The notes: generated from the letters alone by a model not told the origin. DNA of 49,070 nucleotides from Candidatus Heimdallarchaeota archaeon (GCA_030638685.1 DAOWED010000130.1:1-49070), one strand, 5' to 3'. Shown: positions 33,985 through 42,850, counted from the stretch's first letter. Numbers and translations: made by a program.

Positions 33985-36216
33985 ATGATCTTCAGAAAAC
34001 AATTCCTTCTCTTTTTTATCTCAGTATTGCTTGTTTCTTCATTATCAAATAACTCCAATGCAAGTACTACTATTTCATTAAGCAAAGAATCACTCACTTC
34101 AACCATTGAACCTTCTATTCAAGATAGTCTTTCCTCTTCTGAGTTTGTGGATATTACAGCTATTTTGAAATCACGAACACTAGAATATACACCTGATTCA
34201 GAACCTGAAATAAGAAAACCGAGCTTAACTCCTTCTATTCAAGTTGTGGGTGATTTTGAGTTATTCTACGTGTACAGTAACCCTGGTTATGACCAAATAA
34301 ATACTACACTAAAGGCGATTGGCGAACACTGCTACATTTATGTTGCAAATAGCTATTCAATGACTGCTGGAGAAATCGCCAACTTTATGGATGAGTTTGA
34401 CACTATTATTTATCCTGAAGAAACAAGTTTCTTTGGGGATACTGATGGTACTCTTGGAGATATTGATGGTGATCAGAAGATCACTTTACTATTTTATCAT
34501 ATCCCCTTTGCCGCCGGTTATTTTGATTCGATACATGAACACCCCATTAATTATTTTACTGGGTATGAATACAAAGAATGCAGTAACGAAAGAGAAATGG
34601 TATTCTTAAGAAAGGATGGTTTTAGCACCTTAGCCCACGAATTTAACCATTTAATACATTATAACATCGATCAAACAGAGGATCGTTTTCTTGACGAAGC
34701 TTTTGCACAAATGGGTGAATGGATTACCGGATACCTCCCATCTGATAACAGAACTGGTTTTGTTTCTTATTTTGAGAACTATTCTAATGATTCTCTTTTA
34801 ATGTGGGACTATGATTCTGAGGATCATGATGCCAGAGTTGATTATGGTGGAGCTTACCTTTTTATTTTCTATTGTGTTGAACAATTTGGGATCGAAATCT
34901 TGGAACCTCTAATGTCTTCTCAAGAAGATGGTGCAACTTCTATTGAAAACACTCTAGCAGACCTTGGTTATTCTATTACTTTTGAAACTCTCTTTACTAA
35001 TTGGTATTTGGCTATGCGACTTGATGATCCTACATTAGGTGATGGAGAATGGGGTTATAGGTGGCTAGATGTAACACTTTATGACAAGGTATTCATCACC
35101 TCAGCTCCTACAAATGTAACAATTAAAGAATTCGAATGGTCAGGATCTTTTTACCATTTTAACATTGAATCATCAAATGAACAAAGTATAAACATTACAG
35201 CCCCTTCAGATGCAAACTATCAATTAGTGTTCTTACCTTATGAAGATGGTTTACTTCCACCATACGATTCAGTTTGGATTTCCTCAGGGAATTCATATCA
35301 AGTAAATGATGATCAATGGAATCAAACTGATAGATTTGAAATGCTTGTTTTATCTATTCCTAATAATTTAACAGGAGATTTTGGTATCGGTGACCTTTTA
35401 ATTGGTTCATTTGAACTTGAAGCTGTTTTTTATTCTGTTTCAACTGGAGATTTCAATTACAATCTTCAATATTTTAGTCTTGAAAATGTTGAAATAAGAT
35501 ACAATGATTCATTAGTATTGCCAGAATCAATATCTGAGGTTTCAATTCATTTCTTTGATGAATTAGATACTGAACAAGTTTTTTTAACAGTAGATTTAGT
35601 TTATGATGAAGAAAATCAATCTTGGCGTTTATCTGAAAATATAACTTTAGAGTACCTTTCACACGGATTAAACTACTACAAAATATATGTTATACACAAT
35701 GAAGACCATTGGTGGAGTGCAAAATCCACTACTTTTGAAATTGTGCACGAAATGCTTCTTGAATCATTATCAATCTCCAGTACTTCTGAAACTCTTAATA
35801 CTTATTATGTTAAATCAAGCTTCAATTTTACTTATCCACTTTGGGAAGATTATTTGGATGATCTGACCGTAGAAGTTGAATTCTTTGAGGACGGAAGTGC
35901 TTCTCCTTTTGAAATAAAAACAGCATATTATTCATCTGATGAAGGTGTATGGATAACCTCAATTACTCTTACTTCAGACATGGACCCCATTTACGTGGTT
36001 ATTAATGCTTCAATTACTATAGCTGGTGATTCATTTAGCTTGGAAGTTACTTCATCTCCAATTGATCTCGAATATTATCCCCCATCTGACCCTCCAACCG
36101 ATGAACCGTCAGATTCCTCACTTAGTGAATTCAACTTGGCATCTCTTGGAATAATTATGATTTCGATGGTTAGTTTGGTTTTTATTAGACGATTTTCAAA
36201 TAGGAAGAAACTTTAA
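33985..36216 (+). CDS. Secreted, C-terminally anchored zinc metalloprotease-like protein (HExxH, gluzincin-like) with a large beta-rich C-terminal region
   Basis: 743 aa. It has a signal-like N-terminus (LLFFISVLLVSSLSNNSNAS), TLAHEFNHLIHY...FLDEAFAQMGEW (HExxH plus a downstream Glu), a Pro/Asp/Ser linker PPSDPPTDEPSDSS, a TM helix LASLGIIMISMVSLVFI and an RRFSNRKKL tail. Confidence 0.7.
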   Translation: MIFRKQFLLFFISVLLVSSLSNNSNASTTISLSKESLTSTIEPSIQDSLSSSEFVDITAILKSRTLEYTPDSEPEIRKPSLTPSIQVVGDFELFYVYSNPGYDQINTTLKAIGEHCYIYVANSYSMTAGEIANFMDEFDTIIYPEETSFFGDTDGTLGDIDGDQKITLLFYHIPFAAGYFDSIHEHPINYFTGYEYKECSNEREMVFLRKDGFSTLAHEFNHLIHYNIDQTEDRFLDEAFAQMGEWITGYLPSDNRTGFVSYFENYSNDSLLMWDYDSEDHDARVDYGGAYLFIFYCVEQFGIEILEPLMSSQEDGATSIENTLADLGYSITFETLFTNWYLAMRLDDPTLGDGEWGYRWLDVTLYDKVFITSAPTNVTIKEFEWSGSFYHFNIESSNEQSINITAPSDANYQLVFLPYEDGLLPPYDSVWISSGNSYQVNDDQWNQTDRFEMLVLSIPNNLTGDFGIGDLLIGSFELEAVFYSVSTGDFNYNLQYFSLENVEIRYNDSLVLPESISEVSIHFFDELDTEQVFLTVDLVYDEENQSWRLSENITLEYLSHGLNYYKIYVIHNEDHWWSAKSTTFEIVHEMLLESLSISSTSETLNTYYVKSSFNFTYPLWEDYLDDLTVEVEFFEDGSASPFEIKTAYYSSDEGVWITSITLTSDMDPIYVVINASITIAGDSFSLEVTSSPIDLEYYPPSDPPTDEPSDSSLSEFNLASLGIIMISMVSLVFIRRFSNRKKL

Positions 36217-36284
36217 GAAAAATAAAGTAAATTAAAGAGATATAGAAAGATATCCTTTGAGATAAAAGAAGAAAGATGAAGTAA

Positions 36285-37265
36285 ATGTCTCCACCACCTA
36301 CCATAACCAATAGAACGGATGATTTTCAACTAATCATCCATTCCAAAAATCATATCATTCCTTTCTCAAGAGGTTTTTTAGTAGATAGTCTTTTATCGTT
36401 AGGAATGACTTATGAGCACGCTTTTTCTTTTGCAGGTACTATAAGTGACGAATTTCCTTATGTTTTTTCAAGTGGAGTAGTTTCGGGAGAGGAGTTCCAA
36501 GATTATATTAGCCAGCATCTAATCGCTGTTTCACCACAATGGGCATCTAGATTTCAGCTTTTTAATTTAGAAGAAAATGCTCTAAACCCACTTATAATTT
36601 TAATTGGGGGTACTCCCGGGATAGGTAAATCTACCTTAGCTAACCTCGTAGCTCGAAGATTAAAAGCTACGAACTTATTAGGAACAGATATATTGCGAGA
36701 AATATTAAGAGGTATAATTTCTACTTCATTGATGCCTGCGTTGCATTTTTCAAGTTTTGAGTCTTCTCAATTTTTAAGCGGACACCTGCTTACAAGGCAA
36801 AACCCTATAATAGTTGGCTATGAGCAACAAGCAACCAAAGTAATGGTTGCTATTGAAACTGTTATTTCCCATCAACTTCAACGTCCCGATATTTCTATTA
36901 TTGAAGGTGTACATCTAATTCCGACATTGATTAGTCCTGAATTATTAAATAACCCTCGAGTTATTTTTTTGATGCTTTCTCTGGATAATGAGCAAAAACA
37001 TCTCAGTCGATTAAAAAGAAGGGCAAGAAATCACCCTTCTAGAAAATCAGAACGACTTATAGAGTTATTTGATAATATAAGAGTAATAAATTCTTATCTT
37101 ATTGAAAAAGCTAATGAAGCCAATATACCCGTAATTGACTGTGAAAATACTGAATTAGCAATTGAATGTTTGATGAACGAAATTTGGGAAAAAATAATTC
37201 TTCAAATTAAACCAAAAGAAGATAATTTAGAACAAAACAATGCGACTACTGAGGAATTAAAATGA
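36285..37265 (+). CDS. 2-phosphoglycerate kinase-like protein (ATP-cone-like N domain plus P-loop kinase)
   Basis: 326 aa. The N-terminus is IIPFSRGFLVDSLLSLGMTYEHAFSFAGTI and the P-loop is GGTPGIGKSTLANL. Layout matches archaeal 2PGK (COG2074) as I remember it. Confidence 0.8.
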   Translation: MSPPPTITNRTDDFQLIIHSKNHIIPFSRGFLVDSLLSLGMTYEHAFSFAGTISDEFPYVFSSGVVSGEEFQDYISQHLIAVSPQWASRFQLFNLEENALNPLIILIGGTPGIGKSTLANLVARRLKATNLLGTDILREILRGIISTSLMPALHFSSFESSQFLSGHLLTRQNPIIVGYEQQATKVMVAIETVISHQLQRPDISIIEGVHLIPTLISPELLNNPRVIFLMLSLDNEQKHLSRLKRRARNHPSRKSERLIELFDNIRVINSYLIEKANEANIPVIDCENTELAIECLMNEIWEKIILQIKPKEDNLEQNNATTEELK

Positions 37266-38170
37266 TGCCAACAATGGTTCAAATTCATGATCTTGATGAT
37301 CAACAGTTTTTCTCAAAAGGTTTACTTGCTCATCAACTAACAAATAGAGGTTTTATAGTTGACAGCTTAAAAGCGTACAGCTTAGCTCTAAAGGTTGAAG
37401 AACGTTTATTGAAGGATGGAATCAGTGAAATAAGTGCTTTAGAGTTAATTGAAGTTGTTACAGAAGAACTTAAAGCTGAGTTTGATCCAAAGATTGCCGA
37501 TAGATATAATCTTGTTTCAAGGTTACCTCTTGAAGGAAAATCATTGGTAATAGTGATGATTGGTTCAGTAGGGGTAGGGAAAGGTACTCTTGCAAATGAT
37601 TTGGCAACGATTTTTCGAATACCTCGAGTGATTGGAACTGACGTAATTCATAGGCTTATGAGAGATCTTTTAAGTCCAATGCTAGTACCGGAATTGCAGA
37701 CATCACCATTCGAGGCCTATAAAGGTTTAAGACCAATTTATTCATCAATTTATGACCCTTTATTGATAGGTTTTGACGAAGTATCAAAAATAGTAGATGC
37801 TGGACTAAGGTCAGTAATCTATCGATCTGAACGTGAGAAAATTTCTACAATTATCAGAGGAGAACTTTTCTCCCTCAAAGAAATCGGCCCCTGGCTTCTT
37901 GATCAGCCTGAAGTTTTTCCTTTTATGATTACATTAAGCGATGAGGATCTTCATAAAGAAAGACTAAATAAAGAAGAACAGCTAGACAATCAGGAAATAA
38001 CTTCAGAAAGCTTTGATGCAATAAGAAAAATTCAAAGTTATCTTTTAGAGGGCTCTGAAGAAATGGGGATCCAAATAATAGATAATCTTTCTTCAGATGA
38101 AACAATTGAAACGATTTTAGATGTTATTGTATCAAAGATGAAACCTCAACTTGAGGAAGAAGAACTTTAG
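37262..38170 (+). CDS. Second, divergent 2-phosphoglycerate kinase-like paralogue
   Basis: 302 aa. Its start overlaps the upstream stop (ATGA). It has FFSKGLLAHQLTNRGFIVDSLKAYSLALKV and the P-loop IGSVGVGKGTLANDL. Confidence 0.75.
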   Translation: MMPTMVQIHDLDDQQFFSKGLLAHQLTNRGFIVDSLKAYSLALKVEERLLKDGISEISALELIEVVTEELKAEFDPKIADRYNLVSRLPLEGKSLVIVMIGSVGVGKGTLANDLATIFRIPRVIGTDVIHRLMRDLLSPMLVPELQTSPFEAYKGLRPIYSSIYDPLLIGFDEVSKIVDAGLRSVIYRSEREKISTIIRGELFSLKEIGPWLLDQPEVFPFMITLSDEDLHKERLNKEEQLDNQEITSESFDAIRKIQSYLLEGSEEMGIQIIDNLSSDETIETILDVIVSKMKPQLEEEEL

Positions 38171-38176
38171 TTTTAG

Positions 38177-38542
38177 TTATACAACTAATTGTATTGGTTG
38201 GTCAACTTGAACTGAAATTTCTCCATTTTCTTCATGAGTTATTTTGGCATTAGATGGGACAATTATTGAAAAGAGGTTTTTTGATCCTCTGCTGAATAAC
38301 CCCTTTTTCTCATGTTCTGTTTCACATTTTAAATACTGAATGCCTCTATATTCTTCAGGGTCATTTGCTATGGTTAGCATTATTCGTTCAATAAGACCAA
38401 ATTCTTCTTCTGATGTTAAAATATGGTTCTCAAGTATTAATATAGTATTTTTCTTACTTTTTCTAACAAGAAAATCTAATTTGCTATCTGTTGATAATCT
38501 GTTAAGTTTAGCTTCAGGGATTAAGGCAACATTAAACATCAT
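38177..38542 (-). CDS. Small conserved-looking hypothetical protein (possibly DUF2073-like), translationally coupled to the upstream GTPase
   Basis: 121 aa. Its ATG overlaps the GTPase TGA (ATGA at 38539-38542), with GAGGTGGT just upstream. The core is ILILENHILTSEEEFGLIERIMLTIANDPEEYRGIQYL. The family assignment is from memory only. Confidence 0.6.
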   Translation of the reverse strand: MMFNVALIPEAKLNRLSTDSKLDFLVRKSKKNTILILENHILTSEEEFGLIERIMLTIANDPEEYRGIQYLKCETEHEKKGLFSRGSKNLFSIIVPSNAKITHEENGEISVQVDQPIQLVV

Positions 38543-39255
38543 ACCACCTCTGCTATCTTTGAATAGAGCTCCTTCACTCCTTTTCCATCAAGTGCTGAAA
38601 TTAATATTATGGACATGTCTGGAAAAATTTGATCAAGTAGTTCACTATTTTCTTTTGCTCCTGGGAGATCCATTTTATTACCAACAATAATGCAAGGAAC
38701 TTTATTAGCCTCCAAATTGCCTAATATTGTCAAATTCACCTGGTCAAAAGGAGCCTTCGATAAATCTACCACTATTAAACCAAGATCGACTTCTGTAATG
38801 CTTCTAATCGCTTCAATTATTCCTCTTGTAGCTTCTCTAGCTCTTACGAGTGCATCTTCTCTTGGAATTCCCATCCTTATAAATTCTTGAAAATCAACTG
38901 AGGAAGCAATTCCTGGCATATCCATTAGAGTTAACTCTAACGAAGTATCATCTATATGAAAATTGACTTGTTCAAGTTTTTCAATTGTTCTCGTTTCATG
39001 AGGGATTTCACTTACTGAACCCATTTTTTTACCAGTATAATCAAGAGAAAAATGATTAGCAAGGGTTGTCTTTCCAGCGTTTGTTTCACCGAAGAAACCT
39101 ATCTTTGCATCATTACGTTTTCTACTAATCCATCTTGAAAACCAGTTGCTTTTTGAACTTGAGGTGGCCATATAACTCAAACTATTTTTAAACCAATTAA
39201 TAATAAAACAAAGGTAATACTCGAAAAATACTACGGGAATACCGGAATAATACAC
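38539..39255 (-). CDS. Era/HSR1(MMR_HSR1)-type small GTP-binding protein
   Basis: 238 aa. The motifs are G1 GETNAGKTT, G2 region HETRT, G3 DMPG, G4 GNKMD and G5 ISALDGKG. The listed start adds a hydrophobic 28-aa leader. The internal ATG at 39171 (MATSSSKSNWF...) is an alternative start. Confidence 0.85.
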   Translation of the reverse strand: MYYSGIPVVFFEYYLCFIINWFKNSLSYMATSSSKSNWFSRWISRKRNDAKIGFFGETNAGKTTLANHFSLDYTGKKMGSVSEIPHETRTIEKLEQVNFHIDDTSLELTLMDMPGIASSVDFQEFIRMGIPREDALVRAREATRGIIEAIRSITEVDLGLIVVDLSKAPFDQVNLTILGNLEANKVPCIIVGNKMDLPGAKENSELLDQIFPDMSIILISALDGKGVKELYSKIAEVV

Positions 39256-39370
39256 AAATAATTAGTGGATTTTTATCAGAAACGACTCAATACTGTAGTT
39301 AACTTCTTATGACAATACTTTATAATGAACTCTGAAACATTTTATTATCTGATTTAATGGAATGAGTTAA

Positions 39371-40627
39371 ATGGAAAATTATAAAGTTAAAGACATAGAG
39401 TTAGCAGAAAAAGGAAGATTGTTGATTGACTGGGCAGAAAGTAGAATGCCTGTTTTAATGCATCTCCGTAAAAAATATCAAGAGACAAAACCTTTGAAAG
39501 GATTAACTGTTGCTGGCTGTTTACATGTTACAAAAGAAACAGCTGTTTTAGTGGAAACAATAGTTGCAGCAGGAGCAGAAGTGGCTTGGAGTGGATGTAA
39601 TCCTTTAAGCACTAATGATAAAGTTGCAGCTGCTTTAGCAGCAAACGGTATTCCTGTTTTTGCTTGGCATGGAATGAACAAGGAAGAGTTTTATTGGGCA
39701 ATTGATAAAACAATAGAGGCTAATCCTGATTTAACTTTAGATGATGGAGCCGACCTAATATTTCAGATGCATAGCAAACACAAAGAAAAATCCACAAAAG
39801 TGATTGGTGGGACAGAAGAAACAACAACTGGTGTCCATAGGCTAAGAGCAATGGGAGAATCAGGTAAACTCCTCTATCCAATTATAGCTGTTAACGACAC
39901 CCCAACAAAATGGCAATTTGATAATGTTTATGGCACTGGTCAAAGCACACTTGATGGCATTTTAAGGGCAACAAGTATCCTTATTGCTGGTAAAATTGTA
40001 GTAGTTGCTGGTTATGGTCATTGTGGGAGAGGTGTAGCAATGAGATCTCAAGGACTAGGTGCGAAAGTTATCGTTACTGAAGTTGATCCTGTTCAAGCAC
40101 TGAAGGCAACTTTGGAGGGTCATAATGTTATGACTATGGATCAAGCCGCTCCTCAAGGTGATATTTTTGTAACAGCAACGGGAATAAAGGATATCATCAC
40201 AGGTAAACATTTCGAGCAAATGAAAGATGGAGCAGTAGTTTGCAACACTGGACATTATGATGTTGAGATTAATATTGGTGATCTTGAAAGCTTGGCAAAA
40301 TCTGTTCGAGAAGTTCGACCTAACAATGAAGAATATTTATTAGAAGGTGATAGGCGCATTTTCTTATTAGCAAAAGGCAGGCTAGTAAACCTTGCTGCTG
40401 CGGAAGGACACCCCAGTGAAGTCATGGATATGAGTTTTGCAAATCAGTTACAAGCTTTAATTTACCTTAATGAAAACAGCAGCAAACTTGATAATAGAGT
40501 ACATGATGTTCCTGAAGAAATAGACACAGAAATAGCCACTTTAAAACTTAATACAATGGGTATGGAAATTGATGAGCTAACTCCAGAGCAAATTACTTAC
40601 TTATCTGACTATTCTGCAGGCACATAA
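39371..40627 (+). CDS. ahcY: S-adenosyl-L-homocysteine hydrolase (adenosylhomocysteinase)
   Basis: 418 aa. It has LKGLTVAGCLHVTKETAVL, EETTTGVHRL, the NAD-binding VVVAGYGHCGRGVA, and NTGHYDVEI. Confidence 0.95.
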   Translation: MENYKVKDIELAEKGRLLIDWAESRMPVLMHLRKKYQETKPLKGLTVAGCLHVTKETAVLVETIVAAGAEVAWSGCNPLSTNDKVAAALAANGIPVFAWHGMNKEEFYWAIDKTIEANPDLTLDDGADLIFQMHSKHKEKSTKVIGGTEETTTGVHRLRAMGESGKLLYPIIAVNDTPTKWQFDNVYGTGQSTLDGILRATSILIAGKIVVVAGYGHCGRGVAMRSQGLGAKVIVTEVDPVQALKATLEGHNVMTMDQAAPQGDIFVTATGIKDIITGKHFEQMKDGAVVCNTGHYDVEINIGDLESLAKSVREVRPNNEEYLLEGDRRIFLLAKGRLVNLAAAEGHPSEVMDMSFANQLQALIYLNENSSKLDNRVHDVPEEIDTEIATLKLNTMGMEIDELTPEQITYLSDYSAGT

Positions 40628-40734
40628 ATCATAATCTCCATAAATTCATTTTAGGCTTTTTCATTTTTTAATGTTTGAATGCAAATGATACAAAGCGATA
40701 GCTTTAATGGTTAGTTTTGTACTGTATACTTTGA

Positions 40735-41862
40735 GTGATACCATTGAATACAATTGATGTTTCTCATATCAATAGTGAGTTTTCCTCTCTGGACTCAGAA
40801 GCCACACTTGATCAATTAATTGAACTTTTCAAAAAAGATCATGATGTTTACATCTTTCAAAATGAAACCTATTTAGGTTGTGTTACTGAACATGACTTAA
40901 TGGGTCATGAGGGAGATGAAGCTGTTTCTACTATTAGTACTTTTGTTAACCCTCAACCGGTAATAACTCTTGATACTCCTTTTCATGAAGCTGCTAGAAT
41001 AATACTCAATCATAGAACACACTCAGTAGGTGTTAATGATAAAGACGGTGACTTCATTGGAGTGGTTTCGGATAAGATACTAATTGCTAGCCTTGATGGT
41101 GAAGATATGGCCTTGATTGACTATATGTCCTCAAATCTGGTTACTATTTCAGATAAAACTAATATTTCTCAAGCAATTGATCTTCTACGAGCTAATAAAA
41201 TCTCTAGAATACCTGTGATAGATGATAATTTCGACATTATAGGTCTCTTATCTTCACATAATATTCTAGAATTGTTTTTGGACACTTCATCAACGGAGCA
41301 GAACAAAGATCAAATATGTGTTTCTGATATTATGAATTCTTCACCTGTTTTAGCTACTGAATTTCAAACACTTTCAGATGCAGCAAAACTAATGATAGAC
41401 CGCAATACCTATGCAGTTGTAGTTGTCAGAACTGATACAAAGATCCCAATTGGAATAATTACAATAACTGATCTTTTAGAAAACCTAAGCATTGAACCCG
41501 CACAAGAAGGTTATCAAGTAAAGGTAATTGGAGACTATGATGAAAGTGTACTTGAATACTTGGTAGAAGAGTCTCTTTCACTAGTTTCAAAGTTTGCTTA
41601 CTTCATGGGTGGGTCAGGGAAAGTAATTATTCGAACAAGAGCTTATCCTAAAAGAAAATTCAGGGGTCAGATTCTATATAATATCAGAGTCAGAGTAATC
41701 GGTAACAAAGGTTTCTCTCAAACTGCAAAAGCTGACAGTTATGGAGTAGAAGCGGCGTTCCAAATGGCTTTAGATCATTTTGAAAGAGCAATAATAAATG
41801 TTATTGATATTGAAGAAGATAGGCAGAAAACAATCTTTGATACTGGTTTAGACGACCTGTAA
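40735..41862 (+). CDS. Four-CBS-domain protein with a C-terminal HPF/RaiA (ribosomal S30AE)-like domain
   Basis: 375 aa with a GTG start. Four CBS repeats span about aa 1-250. Residues aa 260-358 (nt ~41512-41808) read YQVKVIGDYDESVLEYLVEESLSLVSKFAYF..GKVIIRTRAY..YNIRVRVIGNKGFSQTAKADSYGVEAAFQMALDHFERAIIN. That is a beta-alpha-beta-beta-beta-alpha pattern ending like the HPF family motif. The CBS call is solid. The HPF-like call is by eye. Confidence 0.75.
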   Translation: MIPLNTIDVSHINSEFSSLDSEATLDQLIELFKKDHDVYIFQNETYLGCVTEHDLMGHEGDEAVSTISTFVNPQPVITLDTPFHEAARIILNHRTHSVGVNDKDGDFIGVVSDKILIASLDGEDMALIDYMSSNLVTISDKTNISQAIDLLRANKISRIPVIDDNFDIIGLLSSHNILELFLDTSSTEQNKDQICVSDIMNSSPVLATEFQTLSDAAKLMIDRNTYAVVVVRTDTKIPIGIITITDLLENLSIEPAQEGYQVKVIGDYDESVLEYLVEESLSLVSKFAYFMGGSGKVIIRTRAYPKRKFRGQILYNIRVRVIGNKGFSQTAKADSYGVEAAFQMALDHFERAIINVIDIEEDRQKTIFDTGLDDL

Positions 41863-41879
41863 AAAAAAATGAATAAAAA

Positions 41880-41907
41880 GGATGAGAAATGTTAGATTTT
41901 TTCATCC
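41880..41907 (+). terminator. 10-bp hairpin (9 WC pairs plus 1 G-T, 8-nt loop) embedded in A/T runs downstream of the CBS gene
   Basis: GGATGAGAAA tgttagat TTTTTTCATCC was read directly, 18 nt after the stop codon. Confidence 0.5.
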
Positions 41908-41947
41908 ATAATTTTAGAAAAAAAGAATCTTATTGGAATGAATTCAA

Positions 41948-42850
41948 ATGTGGGCTGAAGCAATAAAAAACGGCATTTCGTGGATCCTGTCACAAGAAAC
42001 AGTTGATGGAGGATGGTCTGAAATACCAAGAGGACCCCCAAATAATGCAAGTTTACAATCTGTAGGCAAATTGGTTCAGTCAGAATTAATCAAATTAACA
42101 GACGAACAGATCAGAAAAGCGAGCACAGTAGTAATATCTGCACAATTTGAGGACGGTTCTATACCTTATTATCTTAATGAGCGAAGCGCTGGAGTACAAT
42201 CGACAACATTAGCATTAAATGGTTATTTTGATATTTGCCCAGAAGAAATGAGAGATGTATTATTTGTTTCGAAGGCAATTCAATTTATCACACGTCATCA
42301 AGAGAAAGATGGAAAATTCATAGAAAAAATAAGAATAAATCCTCAAGGCGGAATTGCTGAAACGGCAATTTCAAGATCCTTAGTAACAGCATTAGCACTG
42401 CTTCCTCTTCAGAAGTATTATGGTTTAAAGGATAATATTTCTCTAATTAGAGCCTACGAAATGCTAATTATAGACTTTAAAAAATTCATGGCTAATAAGT
42501 TGCCAGAATACGAATTTTATCGGTCAAGAATTGTTTTAGAAGTAATAAGTGAATGGTTCAGTGAACAAACAGAATATCAATCACTTCTTGCTGCTAGAAT
42601 CGCCCAGCTTCAGAGGAGTGATGGCTCATGGGTATTCAAGAAAATGAATGCTGCTTTTTCAACACCTATTGCTGTTGCAATGCTAGAATTAAGTAATGTA
42701 GGAACAAATGATCCAATGTTACAGAAAGCATTTCACTACCTGATAAACAATCAAGCACCTGAAGGTTTCCGGAGAACTGGATCCCCTAAAAATTCTCTAC
42801 CTAGTTTGTCATTAACAGCAGAAATTCTTTTACTACTTAATCATAAATAA
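41948..42850 (+). CDS. Prenyltransferase/squalene-oxidase-repeat (alpha/alpha-toroid) protein
   Basis: 300 aa. It has five spaced Q-x(2-3)-[DE]G-x-[WFI] repeats: SQETVDGGWSE, AQFEDGSIPYY, HQEKDGKFIE, LQRSDGSWVF and NNQAPEGFRR. It has only one Cys, so I saw no obvious Zn site of protein prenyltransferase beta subunits. Confidence 0.65.
   Translation: MWAEAIKNGISWILSQETVDGGWSEIPRGPPNNASLQSVGKLVQSELIKLTDEQIRKASTVVISAQFEDGSIPYYLNERSAGVQSTTLALNGYFDICPEEMRDVLFVSKAIQFITRHQEKDGKFIEKIRINPQGGIAETAISRSLVTALALLPLQKYYGLKDNISLIRAYEMLIIDFKKFMANKLPEYEFYRSRIVLEVISEWFSEQTEYQSLLAARIAQLQRSDGSWVFKKMNAAFSTPIAVAMLELSNVGTNDPMLQKAFHYLINNQAPEGFRRTGSPKNSLPSLSLTAEILLLLNHK

Noticed and set aside
36285-38170. The two 2PGK-like ORFs as halves of one frameshifted pseudogene
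   Set aside because: Each ORF contains its own complete N-terminal ATP-cone-like domain and its own P-loop. The ATGA overlap is a normal coupling arrangement.
38340-38890. + strand ORFs (116 aa and 66 aa) across the GTPase/partner junction
   Set aside because: They lie antisense to two - strand genes that have clear G motifs and translational coupling. They show no motifs of their own.
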